A program made the translations under genes and the position numbers. The notes beneath the pieces were generated by a model. The model saw only the letters and a list, made by a program, of their open reading frames with translations. It was not told the DNA's origin and made no database searches. From Octopus bimaculoides (lineage: Eukaryota): a stretch of 64,000 nucleotides of DNA. Positions 50,450-63,965 of this stretch are shown piece by piece. Each line of letters begins with the position of its first letter. Within the stretch, counting starts at the first letter, position 1. The stretch is taken from the NCBI RefSeq assembly GCF_001194135.2, contig NC_068981.1, positions 171,294,476 to 171,358,475 of the forward strand, in the 5' to 3' direction.

Positions 50450-51007
50450 TCATTATCATTATTNNNNNNNNNNNNNNNNNNNNNNNNNNNNNNNNNNNNN
50501 NNNNNNNNNNNNNNNNNNNNNNNNNNNNNNNNNNNNNNNNNNNNNNNNNNNNNNNNNNNNNNNNNNNNNNNNNNNNNNNNNNNNNNNNNNNNNNNNNNNN
50601 NNNNNNNNNNNNNNNNNNNNNNNNNNNNNNNNNNNNNNNNNNNNNNNNNNNNNNNNNNNNNNNNNNNNNNNNNNNNNNNNNNNNNNNNNNNNNNNNNNNN
50701 NNNNNNNNNNNNNNNNNNNNNNNNNNNNNNNNNNNNNNNNNNNNNNNNNNNNNNNNNNNNNNNNNNNNNNNNNNNNNNNNNNNNNNNNNNNNNNNNNNNN
50801 NTTATTATTATTTTGTATGTGTATTTCGTGTGCAAGATTCTTGATGTGGATACGTGTGTTGAAAGAAATACAATTAAACCTTGGGAGAGGCATTATGCCG
50901 GTAATAAACACACACACTGGTTCAGTCCTTTATTAATTTATATAGTTTTTTGTTAAATTATTTCATTGCACTCTTGCAATCTCTTCAGTAACTTGTCTCT
51001 CCACTTC

Positions 51008-51064
<57 letters not shown>

Positions 51065-51104
51065 CATCATCATCATCATCATCATCATCACCATCATCAT
51101 CATT

Positions 51105-53950
51105 TGATAAAAACTTTCAGCTTAATTTGCTAAGTATCATGGAAAGTGTCAACTGTCCACAACCAAGAAACTAAGGTGACACTTGTTTACTGATCGTGCT
51201 TTAAGAACCCTGCGGAGAACTTTTGCAGTTCCAAACAATGATGAGTTTTTTTAGTATTCTATCTTTACATTTGCATCAATGTTTTTGAGCCATGCTGTTA
51301 GTCAAGTGCTGATACTTCTAAGCGCGCCAATTACTACTGGTTTCACGTCCACTCTCTTCATTGCCGGTTCAGTTTCTTGTTCTTTCTCTTTGATCCTGTT
51401 GTCTTCTGGACATGCTTTTGATTATCATGCAAGGTTTTATTTTATTTCGTCCTGTCAATTTGGAGCGCAACACCAATATTAGTCTTCGGAGATATTCTTT
51501 CCTCAGCTGTTCTTTCATTTCCTTGTCCATGATTTCGTCGAACTCATATGCCAAGGTATGTATAACCTTTTCAACTCATTTAATCACATCTCTATTAAAT
51601 AATTCTACCCCTGCCAGAGACTACTTTACCTCTTTACAGGTTCATTATAACACACTTCTTCAATTCGAATCCCATCTTAATATCAGCACCGAAACGGTAG
51701 ACTGTGTTCACCAAAGAACTTACTTATACCTCATCCTTGCCAGACAGTTTCACATCATCTATGAAGAGGAGTTGATTGGTTGTTTGAGATTTTCCCTTTA
51801 ATTGATATCCCAGGTTCATTTTCTTTCACCAAGTTCAAAGAAATCAAACAAAGAACAAAAAATAATGGAGATAAATTATCTCACCGGAAAAGCCCTCTCC
51901 TGATGCCCAGGGTGCTTAAGCTTTCTCCGTGCAATGTCGATACAGTTTTCTACCACCATATTTCTCTTCAGAAAACGTTATATTTCTTGCAATTCCAAAC
52001 AATTCTAAGCACTCGACCGTCCATGAATGACCATTCCCAATTTTTTCCTCCTTCGCTTACAATCTTGCATTACCATTTTTTCTATCAATAATTGGTCCTT
52101 GGTACCTCTGCATCTCCTCCTGCAACCCTTTTGTTCCATCGGTATGATGTCGTTATCATCATGAAATGTGTACATTTCTTTTGCAATCAATCCTGACAGT
52201 AATTTCTACATTAATGAAGGCAATAAACTGGTCCTGTAATTGTTGGCTGCATTTCCTTTCGATGCATCCTTCAATCACAACATTGTTCGTCCGTTGGTCA
52301 ACCACCTCGGAATTTTTCTTCTCCGTCGATCAACACATTAAATTACTCTGCAATCAATTTATGGCATATACTGAACTTTTTATCCAAAATCCCTGTACAC
52401 CATCAGGTCCTACTGTTTTCCAATTGCTCACCTGTTTCCTCATATTTCTTATACTTGCCGGGGATGAGCAGCTGTTTCCTTCTGGCTACGGAGCCATTCA
52501 GCTCCAGAATAGTGTTGCTTTTGCTTACACCATATCTTACTACAAAACTGTCGACTTTCATCAGCATCAAGGATTAATTTTTTGCATTCTATATCACCAT
52601 TAATTTCCTGATAAGTTTGTTTTGGTCGATTCTAAAGAATCGGTTTTGCCGGTATTGCTTAATCCCTTGTTTATACCTAGTTAGCTTTGCTTTCTTGGCA
52701 AGTAAGTGCTGTTTCAGTATTTCAACAACATTCAGTCCTTTTGTATCAACACCATATTTCTTCTCGATTTTTCAAATTCGCGATCGTTTTTCTAATTTCT
52801 TCTTTTCCTGTCAATTATTGACTCTATGCTTTTCAGGTAGCTTATATCTTCTGATATTCTTCTTTTCCACCAAAGTTGCTTATTTCCTTTACTTGTTCTC
52901 AATGTTCTCTTCTCTTTAATTTTCAGTCCCATCCTTTCTGCTACTGTGCTACTTGCATCCTTGATGAGTTTACTAGTTTGTGTGATATTGAGTTTATTTG
53001 TTTGTGTTATATTTTTTTCAATACATTATTGACTTTACTTACCTTTTCATTTAGTTTCCATTGGTCTTCTTCCTTGAAGTCGCATATAAGTTATATCCCT
53101 TCTGCATTTAATAGATCCAAAATTCTGCTTATCATTTTCTGGTCTTCGCCGTTTAAATAATCACTGATCTCGATTCATCCACAACTCACGGCAGTATATT
53201 CTTGTGGGCAATTGTCCATTTTTTCCATTACGCCAGTTTCGTTTTCGTATACCCAGCATTACATGATATCCTTCTTTTGATGGTTTCTAACTCTAATTCT
53301 GATAGCTATGCATTCTTTTGTATTTCTCTTGCTTGATCACATAATCTCTGTTCAGTAATTTCGAACAGGTCCATCGCCTTCCATTCTTCGTGCATTCGTT
53401 GTCTGTATACTCTGACTAGCCAGTCAATTGCATCTACAGAAATCCTACGATAGTAACACTCCATAACCATCATGTTTCCTTGTTTACACCACTTTTGTTG
53501 CGAACCAAGGCTAGTAGTGGCTAGATTACGACCGAGCCCACCGTGCTGCATAATAGGACACCTTCCAGGTGTGGCACCGTCACCATTGGTTCAAGTCCCG
53601 TTCATACCGTTATTTTGTTTGACATTTTCACCTATGAATGAGGTGTGTTTTAGGTGACCACCAACCGATATTTTTATGAGACACAATCTTTAGAGAGGTT
53701 GTCCACCGAGATCATTTTGAAATCAGAGTGGTCCTTCTCCTAGGCTGAGTGCCATTCAAGGCTGAGGAGATAAATCTACAAGGAGCATTGGTTATTTGAA
53801 GGCGCCAGGTACTCGCCTTTTTACTTCCTTCTCCTTCAAGTTCGGCGAAGGCTTACATTTGAGCTTCGACTGTCAGAAGCTATGTTTTGCGCCGCCACTG
53901 AGGCATCTTATGAGTGAAAGCTGCTCAAATCCTTTCACCACCCCAGCATT
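51105..53950 (-). mobile_element. R4/Dong-like RLE LINE, near both ends, internally deleted and decayed, with (ATG)n(AAT)n tail
   Basis: KWCKQGNMMVMECYYR...EITEQRLCDQ (N-terminus), [18 protein letters not shown] (RT), RKEYLRRLILVLRSKLTGRNKIK and FGTAKVLRRVL (C-terminus); tail at 51010-51104. Confidence 0.85.
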
Positions 53951-54044
53951 GACAGCTTTACTTTTGTAGTTTTCAATAATTGTTACGATTATCACTTTTA
54001 ACATTATTACTTCTATTGTTATTATTCAAATAATTATTATTATC

Positions 54045-54985
54045 AATATAATTGCCACCCTACCACTTCATTACCCCTCTTTTTGTGGTATGCATAATAT
54101 GCTAAAGTTATCACTACATTTATTCCATTTTAGATGGAGAGTGTTTTTCGTAGTATATAGGCTGTACCCATCAAGATTATCTTTTGAGTTCACGGAGATT
54201 GGAGTTACCAGGGAGTTGCTTAATATACTTCTCAGCTACCTTCTTTATCATTCCCAATTCACCAATTACTACTATTATTATCATAGTACTATGCTTCCAT
54301 ACTTTTGTGATTGCAATTTGGAGATCTTTATAGTGAGAAATGTTTTTGTATTCCTTTCTTGAGACATCTTGATCTAGTGGGACAGACATATCTATTAACA
54401 GGCAAGTTCCTTTGTTGTAGTCCTTGATCATAATGTCTGGCCGATTGGAGTCAATGTTTATGTCTATTTGTATTGGGAAGTTCCAAAGGATAGTGACGCT
54501 CTTGCCATTTACTACATCCTCTGGATGGTGCCTGTACCATTTATCATGGGATTTAATCTTGTAGTATTTACACGCATTCGATGTACTGCTCTAGTCTGTT
54601 ATGTCTTACGAGGTACTTCTTTTCAGCGAAGACTGGGCAGCCAGAAACAATATGATCAACTGTCTGTGAATTTTTGACAAATTCTTCACGCGGGGTCAGA
54701 TCCATCTTTAAGGACTTTGCACGGTAGTTTCTGGTAGGTAAGCCCTGATCTTGCGCTGCAATAACAAAATCTTCTATTTCCACTTTCAGATCTGTCTCTT
54801 GTAGTTTTTGGTGTGTTAGATTTGATCAATATCTGGCTTGGACAGGCGGTTAGGGTATTTTCCATGCAGGAGTTTAACTTTCCAGTTATCTTCGATATTA
54901 TTCATGCAAGCCTTCTTTGGTTTTTGCTTGATGTTTTTGCATTAATCATAGGATTGTCACTGTTTGGATTTCTTTGGTCTTTCTG
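54045..54985 (-). mobile_element. R4/Dong-like LINE 3' fragment, older copy
   Basis: VIAAQDQGLPTRNY, TVDHIVSGC, CLLIDMSVP, KYKDL-like region, VVIGELG and MGTAYILRKTLSI*. Confidence 0.85.
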
Positions 54986-55010
54986 TTAACATTATTATTA
55001 TTATTATTAT

Positions 55011-55662
55011 TCAGTAGTTTTATTTTTATAACGTGCTTTCACTTCACTACCGAGCGCAGCTCTGTGCGCCTTGGGTATGTGCTGTGGTTTGCTGTGGAGA
55101 CATGTTTTTGATAAACAGGCGAAATTATCATTTGCCGAATTCCTTAATTCTNNNNNNNNNNNNNNNNNNNNNNNNNNNNNNNNNNNNNNNNNNNNNNNNN
55201 NNNNNNNNNNNNNNNNNNNNNNNNNNNNNNNNNNNNNNNNNNNNNNNNNNNNNNNNNNNNNNNNNNNNNNNNNNNNNNNNNNNNNNNNNNNNNNNNNNNN
55301 NNNNNNNNNNNNNNNNNNNNNNNNNNNNNNNNNNNNNNNNNNNNNNNNNNNNNNNNNNNNNNNNNNNNNNNNNNNNNNNNNNNNNNNNNNNNNNNNNNNN
55401 NNNNNNNNNNNNNNNNNNNNNNNNNNNNNCAATTAGAAAGCATTTTTTTTCTTCATGATCTTTGACAACTATATCTGGTCTATTTGCCTTAATTTCTCTA
55501 TCTGTGTGTATTGGCATATCCCAGAGTATGGTTACTTTCTCGTTTTCTGTGACCTTTTCTGGCGTGTGTTTATACCATCTTTTTTCTGTTGTTATTCCAT
55601 AATGTTGGCATAGCTTCCAGTGTATATAGGTCCCAGCTCTGTCGTGTCTGTGGATATATTCC
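55011..55662 (-). mobile_element. R4/Dong-like LINE 3' fragment, young copy spanning a gap, flanked by (TAA)n on both sides
   Basis: HRHDRAGTYIHWKLCQHYG...ILWDMPIHTDREIKANRPDIVVKD is in frame; (ATT)n at 54991-55010 and 55663-55725. Confidence 0.9.
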
Positions 55663-55691
55663 TTATTATTATTATTATTATTATTATTATG

Positions 55692-55724
<33 letters not shown>

Positions 55725-55984
55725 GTTGTTGTTGTTGTTGTTGTTTTTGTTGTTATGTACGTCGCATCTCTCTTAATGTTTTTGCTTATTGATGTAATTA
55801 TTTATAAGTTGTTAAAAACATCAAAGCACGTGGAGCTTGTTGGTTGGTTTGCTTTTTGTTTCTTTGCAGCGCAAGTTAGAAAATAAAGTCGATTTCGAGA
55901 TGCTTTCAGCAAGAAACAGAGTGCGATAGATCCGTGTTTGAAAGTGTGGATAATATAATTGTAATATTGTCGGACACAAAACAC

Positions 55985-57250
55985 ATTTAGGTGAACAGCG
56001 CTACTCTAAGTAAATGTGTAGCGGTGACAGAAGCAAAATTTAACAAGTCGCTGGGCCTGGCATCGGTAACTGAAGAGGAAGGATCACACCTCCCAACAGA
56101 GTTGTTCTTTTTCTGCTGGACAGAGGATGAACCACTTAAATTGCTCTGGATTTGGTTTGGCCCAGATCACCAAGTGAACAAGAACTCCGAAGAGGAGACA
56201 GCAGGGTGGCTAGTCTCACCCAGAAATAGACTGAAATGTAAACTCTCTCTCGTTGGTCGAACAGATCTGGCCAATGCCTGCACCACATATAAACCTTGTT
56301 ACGTGTCATGCCTGACCAGAATTCAGCGCTTCCTAATTCACTTTCTGTGGAGGAGTCACCACCCTCTGGTTAAACAGTCCAGTTGATATCAACAGCAAAA
56401 GTTGACTGTGGGCATGTTTGGTAACTTTTGTCAGATGCGTTTTTCTGTAACTCCTCTCTTCTGGACAGAGTTGCAGTTCTGAATCAAGTGTAGACCGAGG
56501 CAGCCATGCATTGCTTCATAAGAAGTTCCGCCACAGATGTTTTACTGTTGATAACGTCTCGGGATGTTATCAACTTCGATTTAGAACACATGAATAATCT
56601 CCTGTAATCCTGGATTTTACAGTGCTGTCGGGGTGGAGGGCGGTTCGATATAAACTCTACATGCATGGTTAAACTGTCACCTGCGTCAGTTTGCCATGTG
56701 CACAGAGCGAGGAAATCGTCCCGCCGTCGGTCGTATATTGTTCAAGCAACTCGGGAAGGACGAGAGGTTGCAGTTTCTTCAGTCTGGTGGCTATGGCGAA
56801 AAATGTTATATAGTGGACTAGACTGAAATAAATTAAGGGCAGACTCTCCTCATCAGTTAAGATCTCATAGACATTTTAACATTCCAATTTAAAAGGAAGG
56901 AGAGGATTGAGAAAGATATGCTTCCCACTCGCCAAATAAATATGTTGAAATTTTGGTGAATGTTGTGAAGATTACCCGTGGGAGTGGACTCACTTTCAGC
57001 TGGTGCCTGTAGGCTGAGGCGTACCGATGAAAAAGTACTTACCATGATACAGCTGGATAGTAAGATGGTTCGGGATCTGTGAGGTCCCTTGGTTGCCCTT
57101 AGGTGGTATTTGCCCGCCTATGAATGAAGTTTCTTCCATTGTTATTGTTTTTATTGTTTACACTTTTTCTATATAAATCCCCCCATCTCATTTGTCTGTA
57201 TATTATCTTAAAAAATGTTTTTCGCAGAACATGTGGCCAATAAAGAAGAA
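55985..57250 (+). mobile_element. Tx1/L1-like LINE ORF2 3' portion plus 3' UTR, decayed
   Basis: AVTEAKFN, PLKLLWIWFGPD, KLSLVGR and FLWR match the Tx1 RT C-terminus; ends TGTGGCCAATAAAGAAGAAA. Confidence 0.75.
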
Positions 57251-57795
57251 ATTATTATTATTGTTATCATTAATATCATTATTATTATGCACTTAGAGCA
57301 ATTAGCAAACTGTCTAACAAAGCAACTGTGATTAAACCTGATAATCCCCATTAAACAAAACTCTGTATATTGTTAAAAGCAAATAGAAAATATATATTCT
57401 AAAGAAAACAATTTAATTGCATCGAAAATCCGCATTTCTTTATAAATAATAACTGTTTATTGAATTGTACATCAGAATGGTTTATTATTTTCTTGTATTT
57501 GCTAGTATGTGTCTTTCTCGTGAATTTTAGAAAAGATTTACATCTATATACATTTCAAGTTTTATTTTATTTTGCATAATATATAATAATATAAGTGCGC
57601 AAAAATATCCACTTACGAGCTGTCTATTATGTCTAATTTGTTTTTACCTTATCATAAATATGCACATAAGTACAAACGTGCAGTTGTCTAGGCTTTTGTA
57701 AGTGTGTGCGTTTCATCTTACTTTTTAAGAATCCAAATTCCTACAAAGCAACTTCTAAAAAATCACACACCGAAACAGGCCTATATAATGTGTGT

Positions 57796-57979
57796 TATTT
57801 CTTTACTACCCACAAGGGGCTACACGCAGAGGGGACAAACAAAGACAGACAAACAGATTAAGTCAATTATATCGACCCCAGTGCGTAACTGGTACTTATT
57901 TAATCGACCCCGAAAGGATGAAAGGCAAAGTCGACCTCGGCGGAATTTGAACTCAGAACGTAGCGGCAGACGAAATACC
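57796..57979 (-). mobile_element. Family B SINE, tail type 1 (head lost in gap)
   Basis: TTTCTTTACTACCCACAAGGGGCTA...GAAAGGCAAAGTCGACCTCGGCGGAATTTGAACTCAGAAC. Confidence 0.88.
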
Positions 57980-58295
57980 NNNNNNNNNNNNNNNNNNNNN
58001 NNNNNNNNNNNNNNNNNNNNNNNNNNNNNNNNNNNNNNNNNNNNNNNNNNNNNNNNNNNNNNNNNNNNNNNNNNNNNNNNNNNNNNNNNNNNNNNNNNNN
58101 NNNNNNNNNNNNNNNNNNNNNNNNNNNNNNNNNNNNNNNNNNNNNNNNNNNNNNNNNNNNNNNNNNNNNNNNNNNNNNNNNNNNNNNNNNNNNNNNNNNN
58201 NNNNNNNNNNNNNNNNNNNNNNNNNNNNNNNNNNNNNNNNNNNNNNNNNNNNNNNNNNNNNNNNNNNNNNNNNNNNNNNNNNNNNNNNNNNNNNN

Positions 58296-58329
<34 letters not shown>

Positions 58330-59139
58330 CAAATATACAAATACTGTTGTGTCTGGGGAGAGTCATTCTGTTTTAGTGCATTATAATTTAATAATTTAAC
58401 ACACTCATCGGTAAAATTTCCACTTCTCTTTTTATTTTTCTAAAATTTTCATTGAGTTTTGCAACCTTTTCAATAGTTTTGACTCTGTCCGTTACTCACA
58501 CTGCGTTCCTTTTTGTTTGTTTACGAGCATGTATGTGAATCAGTGTGTGTGTGTGTGTGTGTGTGCCTATACATGCATGCCTGTATGTATGTATGTATGT
58601 ATGTATGTGTGTGTATGAATGTATGTGTGTGCATATGTATCTATTTATGTGTGTACATTCGTATGTATGTATTCTGCATATTCATGTGTTTGCATGTCCG
58701 TGTTTGCATGTTTTTATGTATGTGTGTGTGCAAGTGTGTGTGTTTGTATATGTGTGTGTGTACCTCTTTCTCCTTGTGTGTGCATGTCTGATTNNNNNNN
58801 NNNTCTTTCTCCTTGTGTGTGCATGTCTGATTGTGTGTGTGTGTGTTTTGCAACTATGTACCGTGTTTGTATGTATGGATGTGCATCTCCATATGTGTGG
58901 ACGCGTGTCTCCATATGTGTCCTTGTGTGAAGTAAAGTGTGTGTGTATATATGATCATATGTTTCAGTTTCCATTTGCGTATGTGTGCTTGTCTGTTCAT
59001 ATAAACTATGTACCTATCCGTCTGTATGCTGATCTGTTTACTTTCATATTCATATGCCTACATACATATGCATATTCATATATATATACATATATATATA
59101 CATGCACACCCACACCCACACACACACATACATACATAC

Positions 59140-61300
59140 AAATGCAAAGAGTACTTAGGTTTTCATGGTTAAAGGTGATTTTCAGCCAATGTTCATATCA
59201 TTCCAAATTTTTTAAATGACTTCTCTCTTGGGCAGTTAGAGACCTTTAAACTCAAATATATTCCAAGTGCTGCATCAATAGTGGGAAAGATTTTACTAAC
59301 CTTTTCATTACGGATTAAAACGTGCTTGTTTAGATCGGGTGAAACAGGACCTGGGCTTACAAAAGGCAACAAACTGTACAATTTATTCTCTGAACACATT
59401 ACCTAAATTAAAGGGGAAAGCAGTGTTAAGTTTTACTGCTTCAGATCATATTGCTATATCAGGCAAACTAAATAAGTTCACTATAATTTTGAACTTGTCA
59501 TGCACGAATTGATACGCTACCCTGTTTTTTTGAAACGGGACAAACAACTGATTTAAAATGATATTGAAACCCCCTCAATTGAACTTTCTCTTGCAGAAAG
59601 GACAACTTTCTCGTAGGTTTATGCGAGATTTGTATCCTGCTTACTTCTCTTCCTAGGTATATCTGTCATTGATTTATTGTCTGTTTCCGCACGTGTTCCT
59701 TGAATCCAGTTCCAACTCTTGAAACTAATCCCTATATGATTTCAGAAAGTTTTCCAGAGAATCTATTATATCCACTGCTTTATTCAGATCAGCTTTTACT
59801 CCTTGAAGTTTTATTTGTACTGTTAAAACGTACAAAAATTAAATTCCAGATCTTAACCACCAGAGCACTTTCAAGACTATCCATTTTGTCTGCCAATATC
59901 TGATTTTCATATGTTACCCCATGCATTTGTTCCAAATCATCTTCAACACCTCTGAGTGTAGGAATACAAAATGTGTAGGAATACAAAATAGTTAACAGCT
60001 TCAAAACAACAAGGAGCAGTAGCTTCTCCAACAAGATTCAATGTATTAGCAGCACAATGAAAACTGTAGCCGAATTTATTTCCTCATAGTCTGGTTCGCA
60101 TTCTTCAGAAGTGACTGATACATAACTGGCCTTGTTATTGTACTGCTTCTGTAATCTTCCAACATTCTATCTTATTTTTAAAGAAATTCTAACACAAATG
60201 TAGCTAATACTTCCACTTTGTGGGAACCAGTCTGCAGGAAAGTTAAAAGTCTTTTTGTTAGCTTCCGTGAAGCAGCTTAATGCGCAAATCTTTAAATGAC
60301 AAATAGTTGACAGCTTTAATTTCTACTTCAATATGATTAACATATTTTGCCAACAACAAAACAATTTCTTCGTAGATGGTAATGATACGTACGACTGTAT
60401 AGCCCCTTCTGAGATTGCGAAATGCTTTCAATTAACTCATTAGAAATGGATCAAATTGTACCATAATTACCATAATTGATCTGTTCACTACCCCTAAAAG
60501 CCAGGCGACTCTCGGCAAAACTTATTGTCATGAGCACAATACAATGCAGTATTTCAGTCCAATATTTCTTGTTTTCCTGCTCCTGTTTTTCTTACTCCCT
60601 ATTATCACGAGAAAATACCTTACACAAAGTATTGAACTATAATAGAATTTCTGTGACCTTGGCTTTGTTCATGTGCTTTCATTTTCTCTTATGCATTTTT
60701 TCCCGAATATTAAAGCTATGCTTTTTGGAAAAACTGTTTCGGCGGCTTCACACCAAAACACATTAAAAGAAATAAACTGCACTTATTCATGAGCTGTACA
60801 GAAGTTCCTTTCTCATATGCTGTTTACTATTGTCACCAATAGTGTAAATCATTGAATTTTTAAAATGAGTGCCTTCACCGCTTCGCCTTTTCTATGATGG
60901 TGCCAATCTTCTGAGTGGGAGAATAGATGACAACTGGCTTTGACTGAAAAAACATGAACACATAATTTTCTCTACCAAAAAACAACATGGCTTGGTCTAG
61001 ATCTCACGTTGGAACTTCACTAACCATGTCAGCAGGAAGCAATGATACTTCATCTTCAATATATTGAGTTGATATGTTCCTCCTATTTTTTGCAGATGTT
61101 TTTTGAGAATTCGTCTAGTTTCTCAAAAGAGACATCAGTTACTGATTCTTCATTAACTTTCAAGTTTTCCTTTTTCGAAACAAAGAAAAATCCTGCAAGG
61201 CATTGTCTTTTTGCCAATACAATAGCATCATTTCACTTCTTTCTTTAGAAAATTTTCTGGAGACAGCCAAATGTTCCTGAATAATTCGCCTCAGAATATA
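59140..61300 (-). mobile_element. Decayed hAT (Tip100/ZMYM1-like) transposase
   Basis: Dimerisation domain FPTIDAALGIYLSLKVSNCPREKSF and the segment LESALVVKIWNLIFVRFNSTNK; the 5' boundary is uncertain. Confidence 0.65.
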
Positions 61301-61821
61301 ATCTGAATAAAAGCAAAAAGAAAACAACATTTAAGATATAAGTAAACAGAAACTGATAACAGCCATGTAAACTCACTTCGGTGAATCCAGCCAGAAGCAT
61401 ATTAAGCCGGGCAGTTTATACATTCCTCGATTACTCTTATGTCTAGGGCAGATAAGGAGGCCTGCAGCCAAAATAACTCAAATGTTAAGAGAAAAGATTA
61501 AAACTAAATCGAGGATTACACATAAAGGATTTCATTTCCATTAAATTACTTTTCTTCACAATTGTTTCATTTTCATGGAGCCCTGGAAGAGAAGAACTAC
61601 CATAGACACTTCAGTAAAGTGATAGGTTTCAGAAAGTATTGTGTACTTCACGGATCCTTTTTAACTTCAATTATGTATCGATATTTGAGCGTGCAACTCT
61701 ACTTCTGCGGGAATCTTCTGGATCTTCTGGAGTATTTTGGATTGCAATAAAGATGTGCTGTTGTTAGTAATTTAGTAATGTCCTTGAGTTTATTTTTTAT
61801 GTTTTGATATTTTTTCGATTG

Positions 61822-62310
61822 TTTTTTTTTTTTTTTTTTTTTTTCAATCAACTATTTACGCCCATGAACTCATCGTAGTGGACATCCGCTGAAATAACAA
61901 CCAATGTTCACCAGAGCTGAAAATTGATAGCCATTGATAAATAGAAAAATAAAGTTGAAGAATAGCGCCGGTTTTAGTGATAAATACTAATGCACTAACA
62001 TTCGTGAATTTTCTTGTGAGAATAAATACGAAAATAACAATAGCAACAAATCGGTAGGCCAATATCTCGAATGAGCTTTAAAATTTGGTGATGATAGGGA
62101 CGGGACAAGGCACGACGGTCAAACGGTAATCCATGAAGGATGCGACGTACACGTTCGCCAACTCCGCCCGACCGACTTTTTAGGTACAGCTTCCTCTCGG
62201 CCCATTGCTGGGAGAGAGTGGCCACCCTACTCGTTATCTCGTCCCAGTTCTTCTCCATTTGGAGGTTCGAACCGAACCAGACCCCCAGCAATTTAACATT
62301 TATGGTGCAT
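61822..62310 (-). mobile_element. Tx1-like LINE fragment with 23-nt poly(A) tail
   Basis: VKLLGVWFGSNLQMEKNWDEITSRVATLSQQWAERKLYLK, followed after about 200 bp of unassigned sequence by a poly(A) (T23 at 61822-61844). Confidence 0.75.
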
Positions 62311-62334
62311 TTTAGAAAAACAAGTAAGGAGTTG

Positions 62335-62521
62335 ATATCCTCCATCATAACGAGAACTGGAGACTGTTTTAGCTGAAGAATAGACAAAAATTCCTTTGGA
62401 AACAATTCAAACTTTGTTCGAGTCCATACCTCGTAGGATTCAAGCTGTAATTACTGCCAAAGGCGGTCCTACTCCATATCATAATAAATTTGTCTGAAAT
62501 TTTAAGGTGTTTCCCCCTGTA
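62335..62521 (+). mobile_element. Tc1-like transposon 3' end
   Basis: KIPLETIQTLFESIPRRIQAVITAKGGPTPY, followed by a TIR-like ...CCCCTG|TA. Confidence 0.8.
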
Positions 62522-62757
62522 TGTATATATATATATATATATATATGCGTGCGTATGTGTGTACGTATGTATATGTATATGTATGTATATCTATATATAT
62601 TATGTGTATATAAGGGATCCCTGTATGATTCTATGTACGTTATGTACTTGAAATATGTACGTTTACATATGTGTGTGTATGTGTGAGTGTGTATGTGTGT
62701 GTGTGTTTGTATGTGTGTGTGTGTGTGCCTGTGTGTGTCTGTATCTGTGTCTGTGTA

Positions 62758-62795
<38 letters not shown>

Positions 62796-63221
62796 GCACA
62801 TGTGTACTTGTAAATATATACGCTTCATTAAAGACACGTTCGTGTCTTTGTAGATTTTATAGATTTATAATATTTTTGTATGAGTTTCTTACATTGGAAC
62901 TATTCTCCGAAGTATGCTCCGAAACACATATTCAAATTTACTAGACATTCACATTCTCATTTCCCAAGAATGATTTCGTTTTCCGTGTTGGCGTTTACAT
63001 ATTAGCTTCCTTTGTCGTCGTCCTACTTTTTTACCGTTAGGTTTTAATGTTAAAAGCCACGATTCTTTACTTATTTTGNNNNNNNNNNNNNNNNNNNNNN
63101 NNNNNNNNNNNNNNNNNNNNNNNNNNNNNNNNNNNNNNNNNNNNNNNNNNNNNNNNNNNNNNNNNNNNNNNNNNNNNNNNNNNNNNNNNNNNNNNNNNNN
63201 NNNNNNNNNNNNNNNNNNNNN

Positions 63222-63287
<66 letters not shown>

Positions 63288-63671
63288 TGTGTCTGCGCGT
63301 GTGTATGTTTTCGTCTGTATTTATCATATGTTTATTTTGTTACTGTTTCGTGATATGAGTATGACATTCGTAATTAATATGTATAGAATATGTAAGGATT
63401 ACCCTCTGGTACTTTTCTCTCTAGCTTGGCTTTGTGATATGTGGGTGGTGTAGTGTGTTGCGATTGGTCCTAATTGTAGTAACTCCACTGTTAGTCCTAC
63501 GAGGGAGTGTTGTACAAGTATGTCCGATGTAACAGCTGGAGTCCTGAAGTCTACATCTATCAGTTATATACATACATATATGCACATATACGTAAATATG
63601 CACACACACACAATCACTCTCTCTCTCTCTCTCTCTCCCTCACTCTCTCACACACACACACACATATATAA

Positions 63672-63965
63672 TGAGGGCACATGGCCTAGTGGTTAGAATG
63701 TTGCACTCACGTTCGCGTCGCGAGATTGTGGTTTCATTTACTTGACCGTTGTTTTCTTGAGCACAGCATTTCATCTCACGTTACTTTGTGATCACTTCTA
63801 CACCTGACACGTGTCATACAACCTGTTCAGGCAACGTCGATTTGATGGAGGGAGTGAGCTAATGTGCGGCACGAACATTTTGTTGACTATAAACAAATCA
63901 TTTGTGCAGGTCGTTCGGCAGAAAAAGCTAAACACTCATATGTCGTCTTCGACGGGTGAGTCCAT
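63672..63965 (+). mobile_element. tRNA-derived SINE with CORE-like centre and a distinct 3' half
   Basis: A box TGGCCTAGTGGTTAG and centre TTTTCTTGAGCACAGCATTTCATCTCACGTT. Confidence 0.65.

Noticed and set aside
58764-58833. 30-bp direct repeat TCTTTCTCCTTGTGTGTGCATGTCTGATT
   Set aside because: The copies flank a 10-N gap; assembly artefact.
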